Part shown: in pieces, positions 42,536 to 53,225 of the stretch
Position numbering within the stretch: the stretch's first letter is position 1
Layout of the letters: the number at the start of each line of letters is the position of its first letter
DNA from: Candidatus Dadabacteria bacterium
GTDB taxonomy: Bacteria; Desulfobacterota_D; UBA1144; Nemesobacterales; CSP1-2
Reading direction: 5' to 3'
DNA length: 64,000 bases
Assembly (NCBI GenBank): GCA_963805855.1
Contig: CAWDVW010000005.1
Location: 896,001 to 960,000 of the forward strand
Made by a program: the position numbers and the translations under genes
Notes under the pieces: generated by a model
The model's database searches: none
Told to the model about the DNA's origin: nothing
The model's input: only the letters and a program-made list of their open reading frames with translations

Positions 42536-42829
42536 GACAGTAACCTCCTAGTACAAACTTTCCTATTGTCACATATTATGATAAGTTGCCTGATAAAAGG
42601 ATTCAATGTCTAACAAATTTCACTGTATAACATTAATCTTTTAGTTTTTTCATAGAGACACTCAGACAACTGCTCGGAAATTACAACAATTTTAAACACT
42701 CAATGCCGCTAACGGAGAAGACTCAAACACATCTATCGTAATACCGCTTATTCCGGAAGGGTAGCACTAATCCCTTAGAATATTGTTAATCCCTTTAAGT
42801 TTCAATCAAAGGATTGTATATTATTCTAT

Positions 42830-43531
42830 ATGGAATCCCTAAGGTTCGACACGGAAAACCTCCTAAATCTAGATAACTTTTCTGGAATTATTCCGCTATT
42901 TCCACTCCCTAATATAGTCTTTTTCCCAAACTCTCTGCTTCCGCTACACGTATTCGAACCTAGATATAGACAGCTGGTTGAAGACATCATAGATTCGGAG
43001 CGAATAATCGGCATGGTTTTATTAAAACCTGGGTGGCAAAAAAACTACCATGATAACCCTGAGATATTCAGCGTAGGCTGTATGGGAAGAATTATAAATA
43101 TAGAAGTTGAGAAAGACGGGAGATCCAATATTGTCCTGTACGGATTAAAAAGGGTAAGGATAGTCGAAATATTACACGATGCACCATATAGGCTTGCACG
43201 CGTCAACTTAATGGAGGACACCCTCGGGACTAACGAAGAGGGATATCAAAAACGAATAATCGAACTAATATCAAGATGGAATAGTATGTTGGGAAAGGAA
43301 TACAAATCACATAGGATCAATCTCGACTCAAACCTCGCCCTCGGCACCCTCACGGATAGTATTACTCCACAAATCGTCTCAAATGTGTTTCATATGCAAG
43401 AGTTTCTTGAAGAGGCAAATGTCTTAAAAAGAGCGGATATGATTCTCGAGCACCTGGAAGCAAAATTGGAGATAGCTTCGATTACCTCAAAAAAGAGAAA
43501 CTCCATTTTAGAAAAACGACATCTCAATTGA
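42830..43531 (+). CDS. LON peptidase N-terminal substrate-binding domain protein
   Basis: IPLFPLPNIVFFP...LPLHVFEPRYRQLV; no AAA or protease domain. Confidence 0.88.
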   Translation: MESLRFDTENLLNLDNFSGIIPLFPLPNIVFFPNSLLPLHVFEPRYRQLVEDIIDSERIIGMVLLKPGWQKNYHDNPEIFSVGCMGRIINIEVEKDGRSNIVLYGLKRVRIVEILHDAPYRLARVNLMEDTLGTNEEGYQKRIIELISRWNSMLGKEYKSHRINLDSNLALGTLTDSITPQIVSNVFHMQEFLEEANVLKRADMILEHLEAKLEIASITSKKRNSILEKRHLN

Positions 43532-43535
43532 TGAG

Positions 43536-43606
43536 GATGCAAGATGCACGATCCACGATATAAACTTTAGCTTTTTTCACGAATCATTCATCGTGCATCA
43601 TGCATC
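43536..43606. terminator. Inverted heptamer-repeat hairpin between convergent genes
   Basis: GATGCAAGATGCACGAT facing ATCGTGCATCATGCATC. Confidence 0.5.
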
Positions 43607-43648
43607 AATTAGGTATCGAATTCCTATCATATGGCCCCAACAAACAAA

Positions 43649-44440
43649 TTAACGTTCAAGTAGGAAGTCCAAAACCACTTTATCCACCTCTTCCTGCCTC
43701 TCTCGCCAAAATCCGTGTCCTACACCACTAAATTCCCTCAATATTGCACCCGGTATCAGTTCGCCGAGTTCCCTCGATTTCCAAGGCGAGGCGATTTGGT
43801 CTCTTTCTCCCAGCAATACCAGCGTAGGACATTTAATCTTATGAAGTAAATCCCTTGTATTGTGTTTTTCACAAGCAAGACTTTGTCCAATATAACCATT
43901 AATGGCTTCCTCGTCCTCTGTTACCAGAGCCAATGATTCTTTTATTGCAACTAAATTCTTTTCAATATATTCTCTTGTATATCCCAAAAATAGGGCCGTG
44001 AGCCAAACGGTTTTCAAACCCACCTTTGTAGCGATTTCCCTTCCGATTCTTAGAATCTCGTTGCCCACATCATCTCGAGAAGGAGAGGTGCATCCCAAAA
44101 CCAATTTATTAACCCTATCAGGGTATTTTATACCTAACCATTGAGCTATCATCCCTCCCATTGACTTTCCAACAAATGAGGCAGAATGAATTCCAAGGGA
44201 ATCGAGTAGCCCCGCGGTATCATCGGCCATATCTTCGGTTGTGTAAGAATCGTCAGGCTTGTCTGACAAACCGGCTCCACGATTGTCGAAGGCTATCACC
44301 TTAAAGTACTTCGAATACAATGGAGCCTGAGTCGCCCAGCTACTGATCTGACTACCAAGACCCCCTATTAAAACCACAGGGGGCCCTTCTCCACGAACTT
44401 CATAATGTATCCTTAACCCGTTTACATTAGCGTACGGCAT
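43649..44440 (-). CDS. Alpha/beta hydrolase
   Basis: FDNRGAG, GKSMGG nucleophile elbow, GERD, GVGH. Confidence 0.92.
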   Translation of the reverse strand: MPYANVNGLRIHYEVRGEGPPVVLIGGLGSQISSWATQAPLYSKYFKVIAFDNRGAGLSDKPDDSYTTEDMADDTAGLLDSLGIHSASFVGKSMGGMIAQWLGIKYPDRVNKLVLGCTSPSRDDVGNEILRIGREIATKVGLKTVWLTALFLGYTREYIEKNLVAIKESLALVTEDEEAINGYIGQSLACEKHNTRDLLHKIKCPTLVLLGERDQIASPWKSRELGELIPGAILREFSGVGHGFWRERQEEVDKVVLDFLLER

Positions 44441-44450
44441 TACTATCCCT

Positions 44451-44531
44451 AGCCGCAGAGTACACCGAGATCAAAGAGTTATGAGGTATATTTATATTCT
44501 CTTCTCCGTATACTCTGTGTCCTCCGTGGCT
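44451..44531. repeat. Imperfect inverted repeat built from about 9-bp units
   Basis: AGCCGCAGAGTACACCGAG...CTCTGTGTCCTCCGTGGCT. Confidence 0.5.
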
Positions 44532-44534
44532 TAA

Positions 44535-44957
44535 TCAACTGCATTTATTTCTTTTCTGCTCCAAATAGTCCTGAAGTATAACAACCGCAGCCATCTTATC
44601 GATAACCCTTTTCCTCTTCTTCCTACTTAAATTGGCTTCTAAAAGTACCTTCTCCGCATCCGCTGTTGAAAAGCTCTCGTCCCAAAGTTCAACATGTAAT
44701 GAAAATGTCCTCTTCAAAATATTAGCAAACTTTAATATCCCCTTACCTCTCTCGCTTATTTCTCCATCAATGTTATAAGGAATACCAATCAAGATCTCAG
44801 ACGGCTTGTACTCATCTATGATTCTCGACAAGGCATCGAGATCATTTTTCATCTCACTTCTTTTTATGGTTGTTAATCCATTGGCAGTAATCCCATGCTC
44901 GTCGCTGACCGCCACACCAATTGTCTTCGTTCCAACATCAAGCGCCAATGTACGCAT
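44535..44957 (-). CDS. ruvX: YqgF/RuvX pre-16S rRNA maturation nuclease
   Basis: LALDVGTKTIGVAVSD, WDESFST, IDKMAAVVILQDYL. Confidence 0.95.
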   Translation of the reverse strand: MRTLALDVGTKTIGVAVSDEHGITANGLTTIKRSEMKNDLDALSRIIDEYKPSEILIGIPYNIDGEISERGKGILKFANILKRTFSLHVELWDESFSTADAEKVLLEANLSRKKRKRVIDKMAAVVILQDYLEQKRNKCS

Positions 44958-45144
44958 TCTTAAATCAGAATCCTATATTATTATTGATTATAATTTACAG
45001 TACAACCTGTCGCTTACGCTACCTCCAATGACTAACAATAAGTCCAAATAATAAAAAACTATACGAAAAATAAGCATTCAGGTCGACAAGTCGATCTATT
45101 CTCAAATAAATAAGCTCGTCAGAACCCCAACTTCCTGTGTGTTC

Positions 45145-45768
45145 TTAAAAAGAATAGCCCGACTCTTTTAAGAACCTTAATTCTTCAGGAGTGGAACTAC
45201 GACCGATTATGTTATTCCTATGAGGAAATCTGCCGAATTTTTCGATTACAAGATAATGCTTCTCTGCATACATTTTTGATTTTGAGATAATAGAAGCAAT
45301 AGAAGGCGGCGAAGTAAAGAGCTTCTCCAGCATGGTAAAGCACTCAAGCGAAGTCATTTGTATTTCCAGGTCCTCGGAATGCATTAGAGGCATGTAATAA
45401 AACAAACGTTCTATGGGGTGCAGATTAATATCAAATCCCTTCTCAATTCCATCCAAGCATGCTTTAAGGGCTATGGAATCTCCTTCGAATGCCCTTGGTG
45501 TATTACGATATATATTACGTGAAAATTGATCTATCAGGATTATAAATGCCAAAGAACCCCGTGATATATCCAACCAACCGTTAAGCTTCCCCTCCAGGGC
45601 ACGTTTTAAGTCTAATTCAAACCTGAACTTAATATCTGCATCTATCTCTTTACCGTTGGAGAACCACATTTTAACATGAGTATCTGACGGTGGGTTATCA
45701 ATTTCAAGCCTTCCAAACCAGTAATACAGGATCTCATCCTGACGTTCTATTTGAAAGTCCTTATTCAT
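45145..45768 (-). CDS. DUF924 family protein
   Basis: IILIDQFSRNIYR, FYYMPLMHSE, FGRFPHRN.IIGRSST.EE. Confidence 0.9.
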   Translation of the reverse strand: MNKDFQIERQDEILYYWFGRLEIDNPPSDTHVKMWFSNGKEIDADIKFRFELDLKRALEGKLNGWLDISRGSLAFIILIDQFSRNIYRNTPRAFEGDSIALKACLDGIEKGFDINLHPIERLFYYMPLMHSEDLEIQMTSLECFTMLEKLFTSPPSIASIISKSKMYAEKHYLVIEKFGRFPHRNNIIGRSSTPEELRFLKESGYSF

Positions 45769-46145
45769 AAAAATTTATTGAATTGACTGAAATAAATCTT
45801 GGGTTGAAGTAATTTACATAAAATTTTCACATTGTCCATAAAATAAGGACTCTGAGGTAACTATAATTTCCAATCCTGCGAAACTACACTTCTACGAACC
45901 AAGTTGAATTGTGTACCAAACCAAGTGGAAATTTGATCGAAAATTTCCTTCAGAAGTCAATACTTAGAAACAAAGCTCCGGACAACGAATTAATTCATGT
46001 GACTTATAATATATTAAAGTTTTAGTTTAAAATTTGGCTTTTAACCTCTACTACTCTATAATTTTTTCAATTCCGATAGATTTTTTACTCTAATTCACTG
46101 AAGTTATTGAATTTTCTATATGCACCAAAAAAAACTACTTGACAA

Positions 46146-46193
46146 CCACAATATATTGTGTTTGAATCCAATAATCAATACAAGATATATTAG
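46146..46193 (+). promoter_or_regulatory. Tandem NrdR boxes upstream of nrdJ
   Basis: CCACAATATATTGTGT (46146-46161) and a weaker ATACAAGATATATTAG 32 bp downstream, next to TTGACA at 46139. Confidence 0.8.
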
Positions 46194-46218
46194 CAAAACC
46201 TAAAAGGAGGATCAGTTA

Positions 46219-48666
46219 ATGTCTTCGGATAATTTTGAAGGTACCCAAGGGAGCGGCAAGGAACTTACAGATGAAGCTTTAGATCTAGGAGAGGAAGAAC
46301 CTTCAGGGCCATCCGAAGAAGTTGTTGCTTCAACCCAGGGAACAATGGATATACCCAGTGAGACTATTGCGGCATTCTCTGGAGATGAGCTTCGCGCAAG
46401 GGTGTTTTACGAGAAATATGCACTTCGTGATTCAACCGGAAGAATAGTTGAAAAAACACCAGAAGAAATGTGGAAAAGGGTTGCGCACGAGATTTCATCT
46501 CCAGAGAAAACACAAAAACTCAAGAATGAGTGGGAAGAGAATTTCTACTGGCTCCTTTCCGACTTCAGGTTTATTCCAGGTGGCAGGGTTCTTTTTGGTG
46601 CAGGTCAAAATAGAAGGTCCACCCTGCTAAACTGCTATTTCATGCCCATAAAAAATGACTCTATTGAAAGTATATTTGAATGGTGCAAAGAGGCAGCGAG
46701 AACCTACTCATTTGGCGGGGGTGTGGGTACCGACATATCCGTGCTAAGGCCCAAGGGTGCACCCGTAAATAATTCCGCGATATATTCTACCGGAGCTGTC
46801 TCATTCATGGACCTCCTTTCTACCACCACAGGTACGATCGGACAGGCTGGAAGAAGGGGCGCCTTGATGATAACAATAGATGTCAGCCATCCCGACGTTC
46901 TTGATTTCGTCGATATAAAGAATGATCTATCCAGGTCAAAGGTAAAATATGCAAACATTTCCGTCAAGATTTCGGACGAGTTTATGAATGCCGTAGAGGA
47001 GGATAGGGACTTTGAACTTAAATTCGAAAACGAAAAGGTTAAAGTAAGAAAAAAGATTCGAGCAAGAGCCCTATGGGAAAAGCTGATTAAGTCGGCATGG
47101 TCCTCTGCAGAACCTGGGATAATTTTCTGGGAAGCAGTAAAGAGACATTCTCCAACAGAATACAATAATATGGAAATACACGGAGTAAATCCTTGCAGCG
47201 AACAGGCACTCGAGGATTACGGAAACTGCTGTCTCGGTAATATCAACCTTTCGTCCTTTGTTAGTGATGAATTCACAGATGGCGCCTCCATTGATTGGGA
47301 AAACCTAGAGAAGGCATTCAGATACTCCGTTCGTTTTCTTGACAATATACTCGATTACAACATGGATAAGCACCCACTACGGGCTCAGACAAAAGCATCA
47401 ACCCATTCAAGGAGGATCGGCGTTGGTTTCACGGGCTACGGGGACATGCTTGCAAAATTAAACATCAAGTACGATACACCCGAGGCAGTGGAATTTGCGG
47501 ATAAGATGTTTGATCACATAAAGAATATTGTCTATGAGGCCAGCTCCGATCTTGCAGCGGAGAAGGGATGTTTCCCCGCATTTAATATGGATACCCATTT
47601 ATCCAGACCCTTCTTAAAAACGATCAATGAGAGAGTCATTGAAAGGATTAAGAGACAAGGTCTCAGGAACGCATGCATTCTCACAGTGCCACCAGTTGGA
47701 AGCGGATCAGTCCTCGCAGGGACCACTAGTGGAATAGAACCAATCTTTGCACTTTCGTATTACAGACGATCTAAGTCCCTTTCTAAAGAGGAATTTAAGG
47801 TTTACCATCCCCTCGTGGGCGATTATCTCAAGAAGTTTAATCTAAAGGACGAAAGCGACCTTCCAGCAACTTTCGTAACATCTCATGAGATAGAGCCAGA
47901 AATGAGGGTACGCACCCAGGCCGCGATTCAGAAGCACATTGATTCCTGTATCTCCAGCACAGTGAACCTTCCAATAGATATATCACTCGATGAAGTCGAG
48001 AAGATCTATTTTCTCTCATGGAAGCTTGGATGCAAAGGGATTACTGTGTATAGGGAAGGATCAAGAGAAGGAATTCTTTTAACAGAAAAAGGAGCAAAGG
48101 CGCAGGAGGCGGTCGAATTTAACGAGCCGGAGTCCCGGGAAGAAGGGGTGCATACCCCATCATACCCCATCTCATCCCTTCATCCCACCTCCACCACCAA
48201 GGAAATCACTCCGATAAAACGACCCCTCCTGCTAAAAGGATTTACCGAGGTTATAAAAACAGGATACGGTAATTTATACGTAACTGTCAACACCCATGAA
48301 GGTAGACCCTTCGAGGTCTTTGTTCAGATAGGGAAATCCGGTTACACAACAATGGCCGACGCAGAGGCGATAGGACGCCTCGTATCGCTCTCCCTTCGAT
48401 CAGGAGTAAGTGTAGAAGCGGTGGTTGAACAACTGGATGGAATTGGCGGTGCTTCTCCTGTATATTCGGAAGGAAAGTTAATAATGTCTATACCAGATGC
48501 GATCGGTACTGTTCTGAGAAAACACTTTCTCCAAGATAAAGAGTCAGAAACCAAATCCGCCACCGATATAAATCTAGAGCGGTGTCCCGACTGTGGTAGC
48601 CGGGCTCTGGCTTTTGAGACGGGTTGCATCACATGCAGGAGTTGTGGATTTTCAAAGTGTGATTAG
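46219..48666 (+). CDS. nrdJ: Adenosylcobalamin-dependent (class II) ribonucleotide reductase with C-terminal TSCPD/zinc-ribbon domain
   Basis: FIPGGR, LLNC, GRRGA, NPCSEQ, CCLGNINL, SISSTVN-like, GCKGITVYR; C-terminal SIPDAI and CPDC...CRSCGFSKC. Confidence 0.95.
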   Translation: MSSDNFEGTQGSGKELTDEALDLGEEEPSGPSEEVVASTQGTMDIPSETIAAFSGDELRARVFYEKYALRDSTGRIVEKTPEEMWKRVAHEISSPEKTQKLKNEWEENFYWLLSDFRFIPGGRVLFGAGQNRRSTLLNCYFMPIKNDSIESIFEWCKEAARTYSFGGGVGTDISVLRPKGAPVNNSAIYSTGAVSFMDLLSTTTGTIGQAGRRGALMITIDVSHPDVLDFVDIKNDLSRSKVKYANISVKISDEFMNAVEEDRDFELKFENEKVKVRKKIRARALWEKLIKSAWSSAEPGIIFWEAVKRHSPTEYNNMEIHGVNPCSEQALEDYGNCCLGNINLSSFVSDEFTDGASIDWENLEKAFRYSVRFLDNILDYNMDKHPLRAQTKASTHSRRIGVGFTGYGDMLAKLNIKYDTPEAVEFADKMFDHIKNIVYEASSDLAAEKGCFPAFNMDTHLSRPFLKTINERVIERIKRQGLRNACILTVPPVGSGSVLAGTTSGIEPIFALSYYRRSKSLSKEEFKVYHPLVGDYLKKFNLKDESDLPATFVTSHEIEPEMRVRTQAAIQKHIDSCISSTVNLPIDISLDEVEKIYFLSWKLGCKGITVYREGSREGILLTEKGAKAQEAVEFNEPESREEGVHTPSYPISSLHPTSTTKEITPIKRPLLLKGFTEVIKTGYGNLYVTVNTHEGRPFEVFVQIGKSGYTTMADAEAIGRLVSLSLRSGVSVEAVVEQLDGIGGASPVYSEGKLIMSIPDAIGTVLRKHFLQDKESETKSATDINLERCPDCGSRALAFETGCITCRSCGFSKCD

Positions 48667-48701
48667 GGGAAGATTGTAGATCCCATTAAATTGCTGCTTC
48701 C

Positions 48702-49892
48702 TCAAGTAAGAAAGCTCCTTAAGATATCGCCTTCGTCAGCAAGACAGAGCTTTTCAAGGGCCCTCTTTTCAATCTGTCTAATTCGCTCCCGCGTAAGATC
48801 AAACATGTTTCCTATCTCATCTAATGTATATGTAGCCTCTTGATCTATTCCGAACCTCAACCTGATAATCTCCTCTTCTCTATCCGTGAGAAGCGTCAGA
48901 GCCTCTCTTATTCTCTTTATAAGAGCCGCTTTTGCTATCGCCGAATCAGGAGCTGGTAACCCCTCATCAGCAACAAAATCCATAAGGGTACTTTTCTCTC
49001 CATCCATTATTGGTGTGTCGAGCCTGGCTGCGTCGCTTGTCGATTCCAGAATTCGCTTCACTCCTTCCACTGAAATGCCAGCTAATTGAGCTATTTCCTG
49101 TGGCAATGGCTTCCTTCCCATTTGTTTATGAAGCATCGAACTGATCCTGTAAACCTTGCTCGCCTGCTCGAGCACATAGACTGGAACTCTGATTGTTCTA
49201 GTCTGATCCAATAGTGCCCTCGAAATAGCTTGATGTATCCACCAGGAAGCGTAGGTGGAAAACTTAAAACCCTTGGTGTGATCAAACCTCTCGACGGCCC
49301 TCATAAGACCCACATTGCCCTCCTGGATTAAATCTGGCAGGGGCAGCCCCCTGACCATATATCTCTTAGCTATACTTACAACGAGCCTCAAATTTGCTTT
49401 GACAAACCTCTCCTTCATTGTCCTAGCCTTATCGGCATATACCCTCATAAAGGCATAGAGACTATCCAGCCTCCTGGGAATCAAATCCTTTCTGCCATTC
49501 TTGTGTCCGTTTCTTTTACGTCTTGATTTTTCAGTTTTGAGCAATCTTTCGATGTTATTTCTCAGTTCCTTGACCCTAGCTTCACATTTTTTTATCTTCG
49601 CTGAAACCTCTATCTCCTGCTTTGATGAAAGAAGTGGTTCTATTGCCATATCTTTAAAATAAACATATAGTAGTCGAAATTGTTCATCGGGAATCCACTC
49701 TTCCTGTTTGCTTTTCTTTATTTCCGTTGATTCTGGTTCTTCGATGTCAAATTCAAACTCCTTTTCATCGACATCCAACATAAAATTATCGAATTCAAGA
49801 GAAGAAAATGAATCATCCTCATTTTCGATAAAGGCATCCAAATTATCTACAACTGTTGCAGCTTGTTCATACTCGGGAAACTTTGTATTCAT
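48702..49892 (-). CDS. RpoD-like sigma-70 family factor
   Basis: [49 protein letters not shown]. Confidence 0.93.
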   Translation of the reverse strand: MNTKFPEYEQAATVVDNLDAFIENEDDSFSSLEFDNFMLDVDEKEFEFDIEEPESTEIKKSKQEEWIPDEQFRLLYVYFKDMAIEPLLSSKQEIEVSAKIKKCEARVKELRNNIERLLKTEKSRRKRNGHKNGRKDLIPRRLDSLYAFMRVYADKARTMKERFVKANLRLVVSIAKRYMVRGLPLPDLIQEGNVGLMRAVERFDHTKGFKFSTYASWWIHQAISRALLDQTRTIRVPVYVLEQASKVYRISSMLHKQMGRKPLPQEIAQLAGISVEGVKRILESTSDAARLDTPIMDGEKSTLMDFVADEGLPAPDSAIAKAALIKRIREALTLLTDREEEIIRLRFGIDQEATYTLDEIGNMFDLTRERIRQIEKRALEKLCLADEGDILRSFLT

Positions 49893-50079
49893 CTCTTCAC
49901 CCTTTTTTAGCAATATCATAAAATTATAATTTTTACGCCATAGATAATATATTTCGGTTATTACTAAAATCCGTAGGCGCCCATAGAGGAGCTGGATAGA
50001 TAACTTTTAAAACGTTGCCCTCGTTTCCTAACGTCTCCGCTCAATCACATCCTCAAATGAAATAAATAGCGATTTTTAT

Positions 50080-50108
50080 ATTATAGGGATGTAGAAATAA
50101 TTTGTCAA
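50080..50108 (-). promoter_or_regulatory. Perfect-consensus sigma70 promoter upstream of the sigma factor gene
   Basis: TTGACA-17 nt-TATAAT. Confidence 0.8.
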
Positions 50109-50282
50109 GAACTTTTCTTCGCACATGCAAAAATAATATTTTTGTCATTTTGTGCTTCTGGACTGTAGAAATACTGGTATGAGCTGCTCAATGCTACGCA
50201 TTCGCTAACTGATGGTTCCGGAGCAATCCGACAGGTACTCAGGTAAAAAAAGTGAATAAGACATTAAAAACATTTAAAAAAT

Positions 50283-50924
50283 TCACTCTATCCTTTCCAC
50301 AATCGCTTCCATCCCCTCTGTGCTTTCAAAGGAAATTGCATATTCTCTTGCCTCTTCCCTTGTGTTGAATCTACCAATCCTCACTAAATACCAATCTGTC
50401 CCAAGTGAGTTGACATATGGTAAAATGTAGGGCTCATAGCCCTTTATATTCAATTCATTCAGAGCTCTATTAGCCCTCTCGATCTCTTTGAATGCGCCGA
50501 TCTGAACGGTAAAACCCTCTTTCTTGTCAATACCGAACTCTTGCTCACGTTTGGCATATTCTTGGGAATCATTTTCATTCACTTCGCCTTCGCCTACACC
50601 CTCTGAACCTACCTGCTGCGAATATGTATCGGAAACTGATTGTCCTGTGACAGGAGATGAACTCTGGTGAATAGAGACTTTTTCCTCCTCTATCAAATTC
50701 TCCTCTCCTCCTCTTTGTTCAGCAACCCTATCCGTCAACACGGTGGTCTGCACCTTATCAGCTTCTTTTTGAACACCGACAGTCAAATCCATATCACTTA
50801 GCTTAATTCCAACATACACACCTACGCAGAAAGTTAAAAGAATTATTACTAAGTTCCAGGCCGATCCAGCCCACGATCGCTGCTTACGATCCGTAAATAT
50901 CAACCTTGGCTTTATTTCCTTCAC
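50283..50924 (-). CDS. SPOR-domain membrane protein
   Basis: TM helix, acidic linker, FTVQIGAF...WYLVRIGRF.TREEA. Confidence 0.85.
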   Translation of the reverse strand: MKEIKPRLIFTDRKQRSWAGSAWNLVIILLTFCVGVYVGIKLSDMDLTVGVQKEADKVQTTVLTDRVAEQRGGEENLIEEEKVSIHQSSSPVTGQSVSDTYSQQVGSEGVGEGEVNENDSQEYAKREQEFGIDKKEGFTVQIGAFKEIERANRALNELNIKGYEPYILPYVNSLGTDWYLVRIGRFNTREEAREYAISFESTEGMEAIVERIE

Positions 50925-50948
50925 TCTCCACTCACCTGTTTAGTATAA

Positions 50949-51033
50949 TGCCGAAGGGGGGATTTGAACCCCCATGGGCTCTCACCCACTGGATCCTGAA
51001 TCCAGCGCGTCTACCAAATTCCGCCACTTCGGC
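50949..51033 (-). tRNA. tRNA-Leu (anticodon CAG)
   Basis: GCCGAAG/CTTCGGC acceptor stem, CTGGA-TTCAGGA-TCCAG anticodon arm, long variable arm, GGTTCAAATCC T-arm; CCA not encoded. Confidence 0.96.
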
Positions 51034-51073
51034 ATAGGATATATAATACAATAACTGGTTGTCGATGCTAAAA

Positions 51074-51949
51074 CTATTTGAGGTTTTCAGTGGAAATCGC
51101 ACTATTAAAGTACTTAAAGAATTCCGAATCGGAGGGGATAACAAAAAGAGTATCGGGAGTGATGGCAGTCTTATACGCCTCCAGTGTTCTTTGGAAGCTA
51201 TAAAAACCCGGATCCTTTTCAAACGCTTCTGCATAGATACCTGCGGCCTTCGCATCACCTTCTCCCATAAGTTTTTGTGCCTTCTCATACGCCTCTGCAA
51301 GTATTATCTCTCTTTCCTTATCTGCTTGAGCGCGTATCTTGGCAGCTTCCTCCTCTCCCTCAGAACGATATCTCTTTGATATTCTGCCCCTCTCTGCCAC
51401 CATTCTCGCAAAGACACTTTCCTGCACCTCCTTTGGGAGATCGGCTCTCTTTATCCTGACATCGATTAATTCTATTCCAAAATCTCTTAATATTTGTCTG
51501 GCCTTGTCAGCAACTGCGTCCATTATAGCTTCCCTATTCTCCGCTATAATGTCCTCATAGTTAAACGACGCTAACTCGACCCTCATTTCTGAAAATACTA
51601 TATCTTCGATTCTCGACCTAGCTCCGAACTCGGTCATCACACTTTTGAAAAATGCCAATGGATCCACGATCTTCCAATGACTTATGTAATCAACTATCAA
51701 TCTCTTTTTATCAAGCGTAAGGTATTCTCCCGGTGGCGCATCCGTGTAAAGAACTCTCTTATCAAACCTATGGATCTTCTGGACAAAGGGCGTTTTAGCA
51801 TGCAAACCCGCATCCTTTACGGTCGCAACATATCGACCAAACTGAGTAATTATGACTTGATCCGTCTCGTAGACTCTATACAGCCATTGAGGCAAAACAA
51901 TTAACAGTAAAATTATGATTAATATGATTCCAATCGGCCCAAATCTCAT
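51074..51949 (-). CDS. hflC: FtsH modulator HflC
   Basis: SPFH domain; LTLDKKRLIVD, DVRIKRADLP, RMVAER, FYSFQRTLEAY. Confidence 0.95.
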   Translation of the reverse strand: MRFGPIGIILIIILLLIVLPQWLYRVYETDQVIITQFGRYVATVKDAGLHAKTPFVQKIHRFDKRVLYTDAPPGEYLTLDKKRLIVDYISHWKIVDPLAFFKSVMTEFGARSRIEDIVFSEMRVELASFNYEDIIAENREAIMDAVADKARQILRDFGIELIDVRIKRADLPKEVQESVFARMVAERGRISKRYRSEGEEEAAKIRAQADKEREIILAEAYEKAQKLMGEGDAKAAGIYAEAFEKDPGFYSFQRTLEAYKTAITPDTLFVIPSDSEFFKYFNSAISTENLK

Positions 51950-52009
51950 TTTTAACCCGGATGCCCCCTGAATAATCGGAATTAGTCGAAAACCCAGAAC
52001 AATGCCTTC

Positions 52010-53020
52010 TTATTTCTCATTCTGTTTTTTATCCATTTCTCGTAATGGAAGGAACTTAAGAATATTCTCACTCGCCTCAGGACCTATCACAACCTTGTTT
52101 GCATTCGGCAAAATTTGTTCCATAGTCTCAATATAGAGCCTGGTAGCTGTGACTCCCTTTGCTTTCTGATATTCCTCTAGTATCTCAAGGAATCTTTCTG
52201 TATCACCCTGTGCTTTTATCACCCTTTGCTCCCTGTAAGCTTCTGCTCCCCGTATCCTCTTTTCAGCCTCACCTCGCGCCTTCGGTATTATGTCTTCCGC
52301 ATACCCTCTTGCTTCGTTCGTAAGTCGCTCCTGATCTTCTCTCGCCCTTACAACTTCATTAAAAGAATCCTTGACCTGCGCAGGGGGGTCCACTACCTGT
52401 AGCTTGAAATCAGTGACCAAGAGACCAGCCTCATATGTATCGAGCAGTTGCTGGAGAAAATTCCTAGAATCCTCTTGTATCTTGACCTTACCAACCGTGA
52501 GGGCATCATCTATCGTCGTTTTCCCTATAACGCTCCTCAATGCTACTTCGGCCGAATCCAGTAATACCTTGTCTGGATCACTTACCTTGAAAAGATAGTT
52601 CGAAGGGTTTTTGACCTTGTATTGAACAATGGCCTGTGCGTCGACGATATTTTCATCCCCTGTGAGCATCAGAGATTCTTCAGGAATCGGTCTAGGTCTG
52701 GGGCTTGTCCTAAAACCGATCTCTACCCTTCTTATTACCGCCATATTTACCAACTTCACGTTTTCAATCGGCAGGGGCAAATGATAACTTAGACCAGGTT
52801 CAGATCGACCTACTTCTCTCCCAAATCGCAAAACAACACCAATTTCTCCAGGTTCTACCGTGTAGATACCTGTAGCAATCCATATGGCTACTATTATTAT
52901 CACAATGATCGGCCATAGCCGACCTCCCCTATCCCCCCCGTTTCCGGTCTTTCTCAACCAGTACTCACGGATGTCACTCCAAATAGTCCGACCTTCACCA
53001 AAACCGTTTCCTCTAACCAA
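52010..53020 (-). CDS. hflK: FtsH modulator HflK
   Basis: GVVLRFG, MLTGDENIV, IPKARGEA, RLYIETMEQI. Confidence 0.95.
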   Translation of the reverse strand: MVRGNGFGEGRTIWSDIREYWLRKTGNGGDRGGRLWPIIVIIIVAIWIATGIYTVEPGEIGVVLRFGREVGRSEPGLSYHLPLPIENVKLVNMAVIRRVEIGFRTSPRPRPIPEESLMLTGDENIVDAQAIVQYKVKNPSNYLFKVSDPDKVLLDSAEVALRSVIGKTTIDDALTVGKVKIQEDSRNFLQQLLDTYEAGLLVTDFKLQVVDPPAQVKDSFNEVVRAREDQERLTNEARGYAEDIIPKARGEAEKRIRGAEAYREQRVIKAQGDTERFLEILEEYQKAKGVTATRLYIETMEQILPNANKVVIGPEASENILKFLPLREMDKKQNEK

Positions 53021-53046
53021 GAACTTCCTCCAACAGGGTTTCCCTT

Positions 53047-53074
53047 AGTCTAACCTATGTACGCATGTCGTCAA
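53047..53074 (-). promoter_or_regulatory. Putative sigma70 promoter for hflKC
   Basis: TTGACG-16 nt-TAGACT. Confidence 0.5.
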
Positions 53075-53225
53075 ATGTCCCTAAGTCACTAAATTTCTTG
53101 TTTAATCACAAATTCATGCACAAAATAGCTTTGGCTGGAATAAGAAGAAATGCAGTATAAAAGCAAAACAGTTGATTAATAACTACAGAAAGGAAACGTT
53201 TAAAGAAGAATAGAATTCCTTCAAA

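Noticed and set aside
42759-42769. GGGTAGCACTA (minus strand TAGTG-CT-ACCC) matches the predicted IS110 right junction over 11 nt
   Set aside because: It lies on the wrong side of the element, 15 kb away with core genes between and no transposase 3' remnant; a chance 11-mer is plausible
50932-51300. tRNA-Leu as an island integration site, and an ORF spanning the tRNA
   Set aside because: No integrase or duplicated tRNA 3' end seen; the ORF overlaps hflC and the tRNA
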